Shown: piece by piece, positions 1-8,776 of the stretch
Position numbering within the stretch: position 1 is the stretch's first letter
Layout of the letters: every line of letters starts with the position of its first letter
Sequence record: SRR33789315_132
DNA: 64,000 bases
Strand: one strand, 5' to 3'
The notes under the pieces: generated by a model
The model's database searches: none
What the model saw: the letters and a program-made list of their open reading frames with translations, nothing else
What the model was told of the DNA's origin: nothing
Translations under genes and position numbers: made by a program

Positions 1-58
1 GAGCCCACATGGATGTGCTTGGAGCGTGTCTGGAGCACCACCTCCCCCTCTCCGAGGG
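1..58. repeat. Right-hand part of a short palindromic intergenic repeat (REP/MITE-like), truncated by the window edge
   Basis: GAGCCCACATGGATGTGCTTGGAGCGTGTC contains the hairpin CACAT-GG-ATGTG; a second hairpin CCCTC-TCC-GAGGG lies at 46-58. From memory it resembles the GAGCCCCCAGGGATGGGTTCACGGCGTGTC-type dispersed repeats of Gammaproteobacteria. Only one copy was seen in this window. Confidence 0.4.
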
Positions 59-102
59 CGGGCTACGGAGTGATAAATAAAAGTAGTGAAAGAATAGGAA
101 GT

Positions 103-135
103 AAAAAAAAGGCGCCTCGGGGGCGCCTTTTTTTT
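103..135. terminator. Bidirectional Rho-independent terminator
   Basis: A8-GGCGCC-TCGGG-GGCGCC-T8, 14 bp after the stop of the minus-strand NHL gene. Confidence 0.9.
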
Positions 136-149
136 AAACACCGAAGTGT

Positions 150-1232
150 TTAGTTCTTCACGTAGCGCTTGATGCCGCCTACTGGGCCGACTTCTGCGCC
201 GTAGATCACGCCATTGCGGTCCGCTACTACGCCTTCCGCTGTGCATGTGCCGGTGCAATCAGGATTTGGATCTGGGATGAACGCAGTAACCTCACCTGTA
301 ACGGCGCTGCCAACACGGATACCACGGAGCCAATCGCCATGGTCTGGGTTTACAGAGCCAGATTCAGAGTCCGCCGCGTACAGGATATCGTTCGCGTCGA
401 TGTAGATGCCGCTATTACGGCTGAACTGGTACCACGTGTCCAGACGATTGCCATCTTGATCGAAGATTACGATGCGGTTGTTGCTGCGGTCTGCTACGAA
501 TAGGCGGCCACGAGAATCCATCGCCAAAGAGTGTGGCTGCATGAAGTCATCAGGACCGGTGCCTAGCTGTCCCCATGCCTTAATGAACTCGCCATCTTTG
601 TTGAATTTCAGCATACGGGCAGTCGAGCCCTCACTGTTCGCGTGTCCTTCGCCTATGAAGATGTCGCCATTAGGCGCTACATAGACATCGTTTGGCTGGA
701 ACAGATAGCCAGGCTCACGTGCACCACCAGGCTCACCGATTGTCATCAGCAATTCGCCCTCTGGGCTGAACTTGAGTACTTGGTGGCCCTTTAGCTCGCC
801 ACCAACAGGATTGCCATCACGGTCTAAATTGTCACGGCCGTCTGCGATCCAGACGTTACCTTCGAAATCGACGTGAATACCGTGGGGCCACATAATGAGC
901 CCGGCACCGAAACTAGTAACCATATTGCCATTCGCGTCGAACTTCATAACGGGATCAACGTTGCTGGTTACGCAAGCGCCGATGTTTCCGCCACAACGCT
1001 CTGCTGCCCAGATCGATACGCCATCTGGATCAACGTCGACGGTACTAGATGAGCCCCAAGCACGGCCCGCAGGCATCTTTAGATAGCCTTCGATAGTAGA
1101 ATAGGGATTGGGTAAGGAGTTCACCGGATCCATGTTCATATCGGATTGGGCAAAGCTCATTAACGGGAATACTGCGACTGCTGCTGTGATGCCTATTAAG
1201 GCGGTTTTCATCGTTTTATTATAATTTGACAC
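150..1232 (-). CDS. Secreted NHL-repeat beta-propeller, peptidyl-alpha-hydroxyglycine alpha-amidating lyase (PAL)-like family
   Basis: NHL blades WPHGIHVD, FQPNDVYV, QPHSLAMD..LFVADRSNNRI; signal peptide ending LMSFA-Q. Start placed at GTG 1232 (GGAGA SD upstream); ATG 1211 is an alternative. Confidence 0.8.
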   Translation of the reverse strand: MSNYNKTMKTALIGITAAVAVFPLMSFAQSDMNMDPVNSLPNPYSTIEGYLKMPAGRAWGSSSTVDVDPDGVSIWAAERCGGNIGACVTSNVDPVMKFDANGNMVTSFGAGLIMWPHGIHVDFEGNVWIADGRDNLDRDGNPVGGELKGHQVLKFSPEGELLMTIGEPGGAREPGYLFQPNDVYVAPNGDIFIGEGHANSEGSTARMLKFNKDGEFIKAWGQLGTGPDDFMQPHSLAMDSRGRLFVADRSNNRIVIFDQDGNRLDTWYQFSRNSGIYIDANDILYAADSESGSVNPDHGDWLRGIRVGSAVTGEVTAFIPDPNPDCTGTCTAEGVVADRNGVIYGAEVGPVGGIKRYVKN

Positions 1233-1473
1233 GGCGGAGAACTCTCCCATGAATTGTAAAAATGGACGAACAGAATAAAGCACCTAATTAGGTAATTCAA
1301 TTGGTACTCAAGATGCTAACAATAAGGGCGGCAACTGACACTTTTTATTTCATTAACGTGCTAAATTGACGGCATTTAGTTCGGGATGTAGGCCGAGATT
1401 GCGCAAACTAGAAGGCTGATCTTGGCACTGAGAAAGTGCCGTTTTCTGATTAAAGTCCCGGAGAGGAGAGCTG

Positions 1474-1821
1474 ATGAAAGACTTGGAGGAAATACGACAA
1501 GATGTTGCCAAATTTGCTGAGGATAGAGACTGGACGCAATTCCATTCTCCTAAGAATCTCGCGATGGCCTTAAGCGTTGAGGCCGCTGAGTTGCTAGAGC
1601 ATTTTCAATGGTTGAGCGAGGCGCAGTCCTCCTCTCTAGACGCAGCAAAACTAGCGGCCGTGGCAGATGAGATCGCGGACGTGCAGGTTTATCTCGTGCG
1701 CCTCGCCGATACTCTGGGTATCGATATTCTGGCGTCCGTGGCGACGAAGATGGAACAGAACAATAAGAAATACCCTGCCGAAAAGGTGCGGGGCAGTGCG
1801 AAGAAATATAATGAGTATTAG
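1474..1821 (+). CDS. MazG-like nucleotide pyrophosphohydrolase (dCTPase/RS21-C6 type)
   Basis: RDWTQFHSPKNLAMALSVEAAELLEHFQW, DEIADV and KMEQNNKKYP motifs; GAGGAG SD. Confidence 0.9.
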   Translation: MKDLEEIRQDVAKFAEDRDWTQFHSPKNLAMALSVEAAELLEHFQWLSEAQSSSLDAAKLAAVADEIADVQVYLVRLADTLGIDILASVATKMEQNNKKYPAEKVRGSAKKYNEY

Positions 1822-1835
1822 GATTTAGCGCTCAG

Positions 1836-2243
1836 ATGATTGAGAAAATACTAGTTGCCGTTTATGGCACATTGAAACGGGGCTATCGGAATCATGGCCT
1901 TCTCCAGTGTACGGAGTTTTTAGGGGTCGATAAGCTCACGCAGATATGCCTTTACGATATCGGCCCCTATCCTGGGGCCCGAATGGAAGACTCTTCGGGA
2001 ATTGCAGTGGAAGTCTACGCAATCAATTCCCTGCATTTGGCGCAACTGGATGTGTTGGAAGAGTATGACCAACACAATCCAGCGGAGAGCCTCTACATCC
2101 GAGAACTTGTGCGTACACGCTTCGGACTCGCGTGGGTGTACTTGTACCAAGGCTCTGTCAACGGTAAACCCATTATTAGAAGTGGCGCTTGGACTGCTCG
2201 AGAACACAGCCCGCTAGAGTCTATAAAAGAGGAAGAACAGTGA
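1836..2243 (+). CDS. Gamma-glutamylcyclotransferase (AIG2/YtfP-like) family protein
   Basis: VAVYGTLKRG..NH, GPYPG, LDVLEE and AWVYLY motifs. Confidence 0.85.
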   Translation: MIEKILVAVYGTLKRGYRNHGLLQCTEFLGVDKLTQICLYDIGPYPGARMEDSSGIAVEVYAINSLHLAQLDVLEEYDQHNPAESLYIRELVRTRFGLAWVYLYQGSVNGKPIIRSGAWTAREHSPLESIKEEEQ

Positions 2244-3253
2244 ATAGTGAAGGCTTGATTGACCTGCGCAGTGACACAGTCACGGAACCTTCGGTAGCCA
2301 TGCGAGAAGCAATGTTAGCGGCACCGGTTGGTGATGATGTCTACGGCGAAGACCCCACTGTTAATAAACTACAAGCAGTGTTAGCGCAAATGACAGGAAT
2401 GGAGCAGGGCTTGTTTATGCCTTCTGGGACGCAATCTAATTTAGTGGCATTAATTAGCCATTGCGCGCGCGGGGACGAGTACATCGTCGGTCAACAAGCC
2501 CATACTTATAAATATGAAGGAGGGGGTGCGGCGGTTTTAGGCGGCATTCAACCACAACCGCTGGAGTTTAATTCGCAGGGTGGTTTAGACCTCGATAAGG
2601 TACAAGAAGCTATCAAGCCCATGGACAATCATTTTGCTAGAACTCGTCTTCTTTGCCTCGAGAACACCATGCAAGGCAAAGTGCTGCCGATGCCCTATTT
2701 GCAAGAAGCGGCCAATTTCGCTAAGCAGCGTGGTCTTGGTTTGCACCTCGATGGTGCAAGAGCATTCAACGCAGCCGTGGCCAGTCAAGTCAGTATTGCG
2801 CAACTAGTAGCGGGCTTCGATAGTGTGTCGATCTGCCTCTCGAAAGGACTTGGTACTCCCGTTGGGTCGGTCTTACTAGGCAGTAAAGCGTTCATCGATG
2901 TGGCACGGCGTTGGCGCAAGATTACGGGTGGCGGTTTACGTCAGGCAGGCATTTTAGCTGCCGCAGGTCTGTATGCGCTGGAGCACAATGTCGAGCGTCT
3001 AGCCGAAGATCATCGACGCGCTAAGTTGCTCGCTTCTGCCCTAAATGAACTTGGCCTCGAAGTCGAGCCTACGCAAACTAATATGGTGTTTGTTCACTGC
3101 GGAAAGCTCGATCCGCAGACGCTGTGTGCGGCGCTTGCCGAACAAGGTATTAAAGTCTCGGTGGCATCGCGATTGCGCTTGGTTACGCACCTGGATATTG
3201 ATGACGAAGATATCGCAAAAACGGTTGAGGTTTTCCGCCGTTTTATGAGCTGA
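2240..3253 (+). CDS. ltaE: Low-specificity L-threonine aldolase
   Basis: IDLRSDTVT, GDDVYGEDPTV, LHLDGAR and CLSKGLG (PLP lysine). The GTG start overlaps the upstream stop (GTGA). Confidence 0.95.
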   Translation: MNSEGLIDLRSDTVTEPSVAMREAMLAAPVGDDVYGEDPTVNKLQAVLAQMTGMEQGLFMPSGTQSNLVALISHCARGDEYIVGQQAHTYKYEGGGAAVLGGIQPQPLEFNSQGGLDLDKVQEAIKPMDNHFARTRLLCLENTMQGKVLPMPYLQEAANFAKQRGLGLHLDGARAFNAAVASQVSIAQLVAGFDSVSICLSKGLGTPVGSVLLGSKAFIDVARRWRKITGGGLRQAGILAAAGLYALEHNVERLAEDHRRAKLLASALNELGLEVEPTQTNMVFVHCGKLDPQTLCAALAEQGIKVSVASRLRLVTHLDIDDEDIAKTVEVFRRFMS

Positions 3254-3353
3254 AATACCCGCTCTAACGCTGGTTCCTTTCGCTAGTCCTTTCCTTTATG
3301 ATGAATGCTCTTTTTATGGCGAGCGGTACTTAGGGGCTGCACTTTTCGCCGCT

Positions 3354-4595
3354 GTGAGTCAGGTAACCCAAGGTATGGAAACGCCAAAGGCTGAAAAGAT
3401 ATTTAAAGCCGGTGAAATCATCATGTCCCAAGGAGATATGGGCACGTGTGCTTACTTTATTCAGGAAGGTCGCGTCCGAATAGAGGTCGAGAAAACCGAT
3501 GGCAGTTTTCTCAATATGGGTACCCGCGGTCCAGGCAGTATCATTGGCGAAATGGCAATTGTCGACAATCAGCCTCGTAGTGCCACCATAAAGTCTCTTG
3601 AGAGTTGTACGCTTCTTGAGATTTCTAAAGAGGATTTCGCGCGAAGTGTTAAAGGGGCAAACCCAATCGTGCGGCTCATCTCACAAGTTATTCTAATGCG
3701 CTATCGCGATATATTGCGACGCTCGCAGACGTTGATCGATGAAGATCCCGAGAGTATTTCACCCGAGGATTCGGAGCGCGCCTATGCTGAGCAGAGCAAC
3801 GTTGTCGAAGCCATCAAACTCGCCAACGAATTCAAAGTCGCGATCGCATCAAGACAACTCATTCTGCACTACCAACCCATCTATTCGATTACGACAGGGA
3901 AGGTGCTTGGATTCGAGGCCTTGATGCGTTGGCAGCATCCTGAGCGAGGCCTTGTGCCTCCGGATGAATTTATTCCTATGGCGGAAGACAGTGGGCTGAT
4001 CATTGAAGCAAGTCGCTGGGCCATAGAGGAAGTGTGTCAGATGTTGAGAAGGCTCGACGCACTCCGGCCAGATTTTGAAGATTTCTATGTCAGTATAAAT
4101 CTCTCTGCTACTGATTTCGATGAGAGCAATTTCCTCGAAGTATTCTGTGAAATTCTAGAGCGCAACAATACGCCAGCCAATAGGATTCACATCGAGATTA
4201 CTGAGCGGCTACTGTTGAAACAGCCCAAGAACGTCAAGGAAACGCTCGATGCTTGTCGTAAATTAGGCATGAAGGTCGTGATTGATGATTTCGGTACGGG
4301 GTATTCGTCTTTGAGTTATCTTCACCAGTACCCTATCGATACGCTCAAGATAGACCGAAGTTTTGTGCACAAAATGTGCACCGACAAAACAGTGCTGGGT
4401 CTAGTGAAATCGATTCTCACCTTAAGTGAGAATATGAATATCGATATCGTTGCAGAAGGAGTAGAAGATTTCGAAGAACTTCGCCTCTTGGATGGCCTCA
4501 ATTGCCATTCGGCGCAAGGCTATTATTTTTCCCGACCGCTACTTGAGGAGTCACTCTTCCTATTGTTGAAGAAAACCCCTGTTCCTAAAAAGTGA
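3354..4595 (+). CDS. cNMP-binding domain + EAL c-di-GMP phosphodiesterase
   Basis: N-terminal cNMP domain (GEMAIVDNQPRSATI). EAL domain with GFEALMRW, SINLS, IEITE, DDFGTGYSS, LKID, AEGVE and QGYY. Start is GTG 3354 or ATG 3375. Confidence 0.9.
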   Translation: MSQVTQGMETPKAEKIFKAGEIIMSQGDMGTCAYFIQEGRVRIEVEKTDGSFLNMGTRGPGSIIGEMAIVDNQPRSATIKSLESCTLLEISKEDFARSVKGANPIVRLISQVILMRYRDILRRSQTLIDEDPESISPEDSERAYAEQSNVVEAIKLANEFKVAIASRQLILHYQPIYSITTGKVLGFEALMRWQHPERGLVPPDEFIPMAEDSGLIIEASRWAIEEVCQMLRRLDALRPDFEDFYVSINLSATDFDESNFLEVFCEILERNNTPANRIHIEITERLLLKQPKNVKETLDACRKLGMKVVIDDFGTGYSSLSYLHQYPIDTLKIDRSFVHKMCTDKTVLGLVKSILTLSENMNIDIVAEGVEDFEELRLLDGLNCHSAQGYYFSRPLLEESLFLLLKKTPVPKK

Positions 4596-4662
4596 CACCT
4601 AGGACAGTTTCACTACCGTCCACGTTGTACTCTAATAATAACTTCGCAGGCTGGTATTTTCA

Positions 4663-5169
4663 GTGAATAGCGTTTCGTCTTGGATTGCCGATAGTAGCGG
4701 CCATGATTTAGCATTGTGGATACTTGGCAATGTCCCCGGTTCGCCTCCCATTTTACAGACCTTGCATATCCTTAGTATTTGCGCCCTTATGGCCTCTGCA
4801 CTATTCCTAGATTTGCGCATTCTTGGTGTTGCCATTCCTTCCCAGCAAATCGATGAAATGGCCCAACGTTTACGCTATTGGACAGTGGCGGGCTTGCTTG
4901 GCGTTTTCTGCACAGGTATTTGGTTTGTCCTCGCGCGGCCTGCGCGCTATTTCAACAATCCTGTGTTTCAGATTAAATTTTCCCTGATGTTGCCTGCGCT
5001 CGCCTGTACCGCCGCGATTTATCTGATCGCTTTTAAGCGTCCGACTTTCTGGCGTACTCATCCTTGGCCTAGCAAGTTACTGGCAGGGGTATCGGCTTTG
5101 CTTTGGATCACAGTAGTGCTGGCGGGTCGTTGGATCGCGTATTCGGAGTATCTGTTTTGGCCGGGGTAG
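4663..5169 (+). CDS. DUF6644-like 4-TM membrane protein (paralog 1)
   Basis: QTLHILS..DLRILG, NPVFQIK and LAGRWI motifs; four hydrophobic segments. Family name is from recall. Confidence 0.7.
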   Translation: MNSVSSWIADSSGHDLALWILGNVPGSPPILQTLHILSICALMASALFLDLRILGVAIPSQQIDEMAQRLRYWTVAGLLGVFCTGIWFVLARPARYFNNPVFQIKFSLMLPALACTAAIYLIAFKRPTFWRTHPWPSKLLAGVSALLWITVVLAGRWIAYSEYLFWPG

Positions 5170-5182
5170 GGGGGGAGTCATT

Positions 5183-5668
5183 GTGTTGAATGATTTCTGG
5201 CTATGGTTGGAGATGTTGCCCATCGCCGGAGAGATTGGGGCAACTTGGTGGTTCCCACTTCTTGAATCGCTTCATGTCTTAAGCGTCGTCATGATGTTGG
5301 GTGCCATTGTCATGCTAGACCTGCGTATCTTAGGATGGGCAGCCCTACGGTATTCAATCCTGCAAATGAATCGTGAGTTGGTGCCTTGGTCTGCTTTTGC
5401 CTTCTTAGTCGCGAATATCACGGGCCTTGGGATGTTCATTACTCGCGCTTATTCCCATGCGCACAATCCAGCCTTTCAGATCAAAATGGCGTTGCTTCTA
5501 TTGGCTGGGTTGAATATCGCCTTTTTCCACCTTCGAGTTTTACGATTTGCGAAGAATTGGGAGTGTAACTCACGTCCTCCTAAAGCGGCGCGCGTATGCG
5601 CCGCTTCTTCGCTGTTGCTTTGGTGTGGCGTTACTTTAGCCGGGCGATGGGTGGGGCATATCATCTAG
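5183..5668 (+). CDS. DUF6644-like 4-TM membrane protein (paralog 2)
   Basis: ESLHVLS..DLRILG, NPAFQIK and LAGRWV motifs; clear paralog of the upstream gene; GGGAG SD before GTG. Confidence 0.7.
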   Translation: MLNDFWLWLEMLPIAGEIGATWWFPLLESLHVLSVVMMLGAIVMLDLRILGWAALRYSILQMNRELVPWSAFAFLVANITGLGMFITRAYSHAHNPAFQIKMALLLLAGLNIAFFHLRVLRFAKNWECNSRPPKAARVCAASSLLLWCGVTLAGRWVGHII

Positions 5669-5733
5669 TATGTTTACAGGAGTGTTAGCGTCACTATGTT
5701 AAGCTTAAGGTCCATTTTTTTGGAAACGCTACC

Positions 5734-7368
5734 ATGGTGACCGTCGTAAACTCCTCGCCTCGTGATCTAGTGCTGACGGCTCCGTCAATGCGCTCGCGAT
5801 ATATGAATGCCTTACCGGAGGACGAGCGGCGCGAAAATTATGCAAGGCAAGTGAAATCAGCTTTGTATTCAGTCGTCAATCCAACCCCCGTCTCTGCACC
5901 TACTACTTTAATGGTCTCCGAATCAGTTAGCGCTGAATTGGGGTTCAGCAAACAATTCTGCGAAAGTGACGAGTTTGCCGCATTGATGGTAGGCAATAAG
6001 ACTTTCCCCGGCAGCGAGTCCTTTGCGATGCGCTATGGCGGCCATCAATTTGGTCAATGGGCAGGGCAGTTAGGGGATGGGCGCGCGATAAATCTCGGCG
6101 AGCTTCAAACACCCGATGGCCGTTTTCTCAATCTACAGCTCAAAGGCGCGGGTCCCACTCCTTACTCGAGAGGGGCGGATGGCCGAGCAGTGCTGCGCTC
6201 GTCGGTGCGCGAATACTTGTGTAGCGAGGCGATGTTTCATCTCGGCGTTCCAACCACAAGAGCGCTGAGTTTAGTGCTCACGGGTGACGATGTCCTACGC
6301 GATATGTTTTACGATGGCAACCCGCAGCAAGAACCTGGTGCCATCGTGTGCCGTGTGGCTCCTACTTTCGTACGTTTCGGGCACTTCCAATTATGCGCCT
6401 ACCTTGGTGAGTCCGAATTGCTACAGCGCTTGATCAATCACGTGATTACGGCCGACTTTCCGCATCTTAAGGATCCGTCGCCACGCGCTTTGCCGGAGCA
6501 GCGACAAATTTATTTGCGCTGGTTTGAAGAGGTGTGTAAGCGCACTGGAGATATGATCGTTGCTTGGATGCGAGTGGGCTTTGTGCATGGTGTAATGAAC
6601 ACCGATAACATGTCGATACTAGGCCTCACTATCGATTACGGTCCCTATGGCTGGGTCGATAATTATGATCTGGAGTGGACGCCTAATACGACCGATGCAC
6701 AAGGGCGCCGGTATCGTTTCGGCCAACAGGCCGATATTGCACTTTGGAATCTCTATCAACTCGCGAATGCACTTCTCGTGGTGCTCGAGGACCCAGAACC
6801 CGTGCAGAAAATCCTGCAAGACTATGAGCAGTATTACGAGAATGCATGGTTAGAAATGATGCTGGGCAAGCTAGGCCTTACTCCCAGAGAAAGGGAAAGC
6901 GATAAGCAATTGATCAATGAATTGCTAGCGTTACTAGCCGCACATGAAACCGATATGACGATCTTCTACCGAAAATTGGCGGAGTTTGATCCGACGCTCC
7001 CCCAAGATGATTTGTTCGCTGTCGTTCAAGACGCGTTCTATGAACCCTGCAAAATCACGCAGGAAATTCGCGACCGCTATGCCAAGTGGAGCGAGTCCTA
7101 CAGGAGTCGGTTTCTCGTTGAGGCTGTCGACCGGGATGTACGCAAGGCAAATATGAATGCGATCAATCCTTGGTTTGTGCTGCGCAATTATCTCGCGCAA
7201 CAAGCCACTGAACTCGCTCAAGAGGGAGACTTTGAGATGCTCAGAGCCTTAGAGTCGGTGCTTCTAAATCCCTATGTCGAGCAACCGCAGTATGCACATT
7301 TTTTTGTGAAGCGGCCCGAATGGGCTCGGAATAAGGCAGGGGCTTCAATGTTGTCCTGCAGCTCTTAA
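5734..7368 (+). CDS. selO: Protein adenylyltransferase SelO (YdiU)
   Basis: YGGHQFG..GQLGDGRA, QLKGAGPTPYSRGADGRAVLRSSVRE, HGVMNTDNMS, IDYGP and C-terminal LSCSS. Confidence 0.95.
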   Translation: MVTVVNSSPRDLVLTAPSMRSRYMNALPEDERRENYARQVKSALYSVVNPTPVSAPTTLMVSESVSAELGFSKQFCESDEFAALMVGNKTFPGSESFAMRYGGHQFGQWAGQLGDGRAINLGELQTPDGRFLNLQLKGAGPTPYSRGADGRAVLRSSVREYLCSEAMFHLGVPTTRALSLVLTGDDVLRDMFYDGNPQQEPGAIVCRVAPTFVRFGHFQLCAYLGESELLQRLINHVITADFPHLKDPSPRALPEQRQIYLRWFEEVCKRTGDMIVAWMRVGFVHGVMNTDNMSILGLTIDYGPYGWVDNYDLEWTPNTTDAQGRRYRFGQQADIALWNLYQLANALLVVLEDPEPVQKILQDYEQYYENAWLEMMLGKLGLTPRERESDKQLINELLALLAAHETDMTIFYRKLAEFDPTLPQDDLFAVVQDAFYEPCKITQEIRDRYAKWSESYRSRFLVEAVDRDVRKANMNAINPWFVLRNYLAQQATELAQEGDFEMLRALESVLLNPYVEQPQYAHFFVKRPEWARNKAGASMLSCSS

Positions 7369-7485
7369 TTCCTTGCTGGACTCTGCAGCGCAATCAATCT
7401 TTGTAAGAATAGTCGATACTAGTCGCTCGTTACTTTAATAAGTCGATTTTCCAAGTGTCGCCACTACTTTAACTAAGAGAGACTG

Positions 7486-8427
7486 TTAAGAGGTGGGGAG
7501 AGAGAGTAGCGTGATCGCACTAGTTGCCTTGCGCTTCTCTCCTGTTTCTAGATTGTCGTTACTTAACTCGAATCGTGCCTTTTTCTCGACAAGATCGCAT
7601 GGCAGGATTAGCAAAAATTCGAACTGCCCGGCGGCTACTTGCGCGACGCTGACTATCTCGCCAACCCTCTCTCCTTGATGAAGTACCGAGGATGAAGTGT
7701 CAACTGATATCCCTTCGGCACTGGCACGGAACAGACGTTTTTTTGCGGTGCCACGGTAATGCATGCGTGCCACTATTTCTTGGCCTGTGTAGCAACCTTT
7801 CTTAAAATCAATATGGCCAGTTAAGTCATAGTTTAGAAGAGCTGGCGTATAATTCTCTTGAGTGTCGGGATGGATATGAACGATCCCTTGGCGAATATCG
7901 GCTAAGTCCCATTCTTCTAGGTCATCTGTGACCCCTAAATCTTGAACACTCTCGATAAGGTCTTCATTTTCCTTGTTGATCAATGCCTCGAATCGTGGCT
8001 CTGCATCTGGTAGTCGATAGACGATGGCTTGATCAAAAGCGACGGCTTCACCTTGGTCTTGCGGTGCTGCGCCAAACAGCGCGATCACTGTGTTGCGCGC
8101 CTCAAGCCCATAGAACCCAAAGCGCTCGAATTGTGAAGTCTTATTGGAGGTCTTAGCCTTTGAGAAGACAATATACTTATCGAGTGTCTTGCGCAGAGCG
8201 TTGCCCATGCCCGACTGGCAGAGCAACAGCACTTCTTCGCCGAGTAGCAACACACGCATATCGCTGATCACGCGACCCTTTAAGTCACAGTATGTGCCGA
8301 GCAGAGTACGCCCAGCGGTCAACTTACTTAGGTCACAGCTCAGTTGTCCCTGTAAGAACTTGGCCGCTTCTTCGCCATTCACAGTGATTAAGTCAAAATT
8401 ATTTAGGTCTGCCAGCATAGATGCCAT
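7486..8427 (-). CDS. ygfZ: Folate-binding Fe/S repair and tRNA-modification protein YgfZ
   Basis: KFLQGQ and signature KGCYTGQEIVAR; divergent from sdhE. Confidence 0.95.
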   Translation of the reverse strand: MASMLADLNNFDLITVNGEEAAKFLQGQLSCDLSKLTAGRTLLGTYCDLKGRVISDMRVLLLGEEVLLLCQSGMGNALRKTLDKYIVFSKAKTSNKTSQFERFGFYGLEARNTVIALFGAAPQDQGEAVAFDQAIVYRLPDAEPRFEALINKENEDLIESVQDLGVTDDLEEWDLADIRQGIVHIHPDTQENYTPALLNYDLTGHIDFKKGCYTGQEIVARMHYRGTAKKRLFRASAEGISVDTSSSVLHQGERVGEIVSVAQVAAGQFEFLLILPCDLVEKKARFELSNDNLETGEKRKATSAITLLSLPTS

Positions 8428-8498
8428 GGGTCGAACTCGGAAAGAATCGCTAATTTGGGTTATTATGAACAGGCTTTTACCCCTATTCAGGTTGTCAC

Positions 8499-8744
8499 AT
8501 GTTATCAGAAATTGAGTATAAGAAATTGGCTTGGCATAGCCGACGCGGTATGCGCGAACTGGACTTGCTTTTGCTCCCTTTTGTCGAAGGTTTTTTGCGC
8601 GACCTTAGCGCCGAGGATCAAGCCTTGTACAGACTATTGCTGGAGGAGGAGGATCAGGATTTGTATAACTGGTTAGTGCTTCGCGACCCCGCGCCTAATG
8701 AGGCATTAACGAAAATCGTGGGTGTGATTCGCGCATCCCGTTAG
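8499..8744 (+). CDS. sdhE: FAD assembly factor SdhE
   Basis: WHSRRGMRELD (RGxxE motif), EDQDLYNW. Confidence 0.95.
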   Translation: MLSEIEYKKLAWHSRRGMRELDLLLLPFVEGFLRDLSAEDQALYRLLLEEEDQDLYNWLVLRDPAPNEALTKIVGVIRASR

Positions 8745-8776
8745 TTTGAGATCACCGTCGGCACAAGGATTCGTGC

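Noticed and set aside
1423..1440. TGGCAC as a sigma54 -24 element
   Set aside because: There is no GC at the required -12 spacing on either strand.
7348..7400. Possible selenocysteine in the SelO C-terminus
   Set aside because: The gene ends TGC-AGC-TCT-TAA (Cys-Ser-Ser-stop) with no in-frame TGA.
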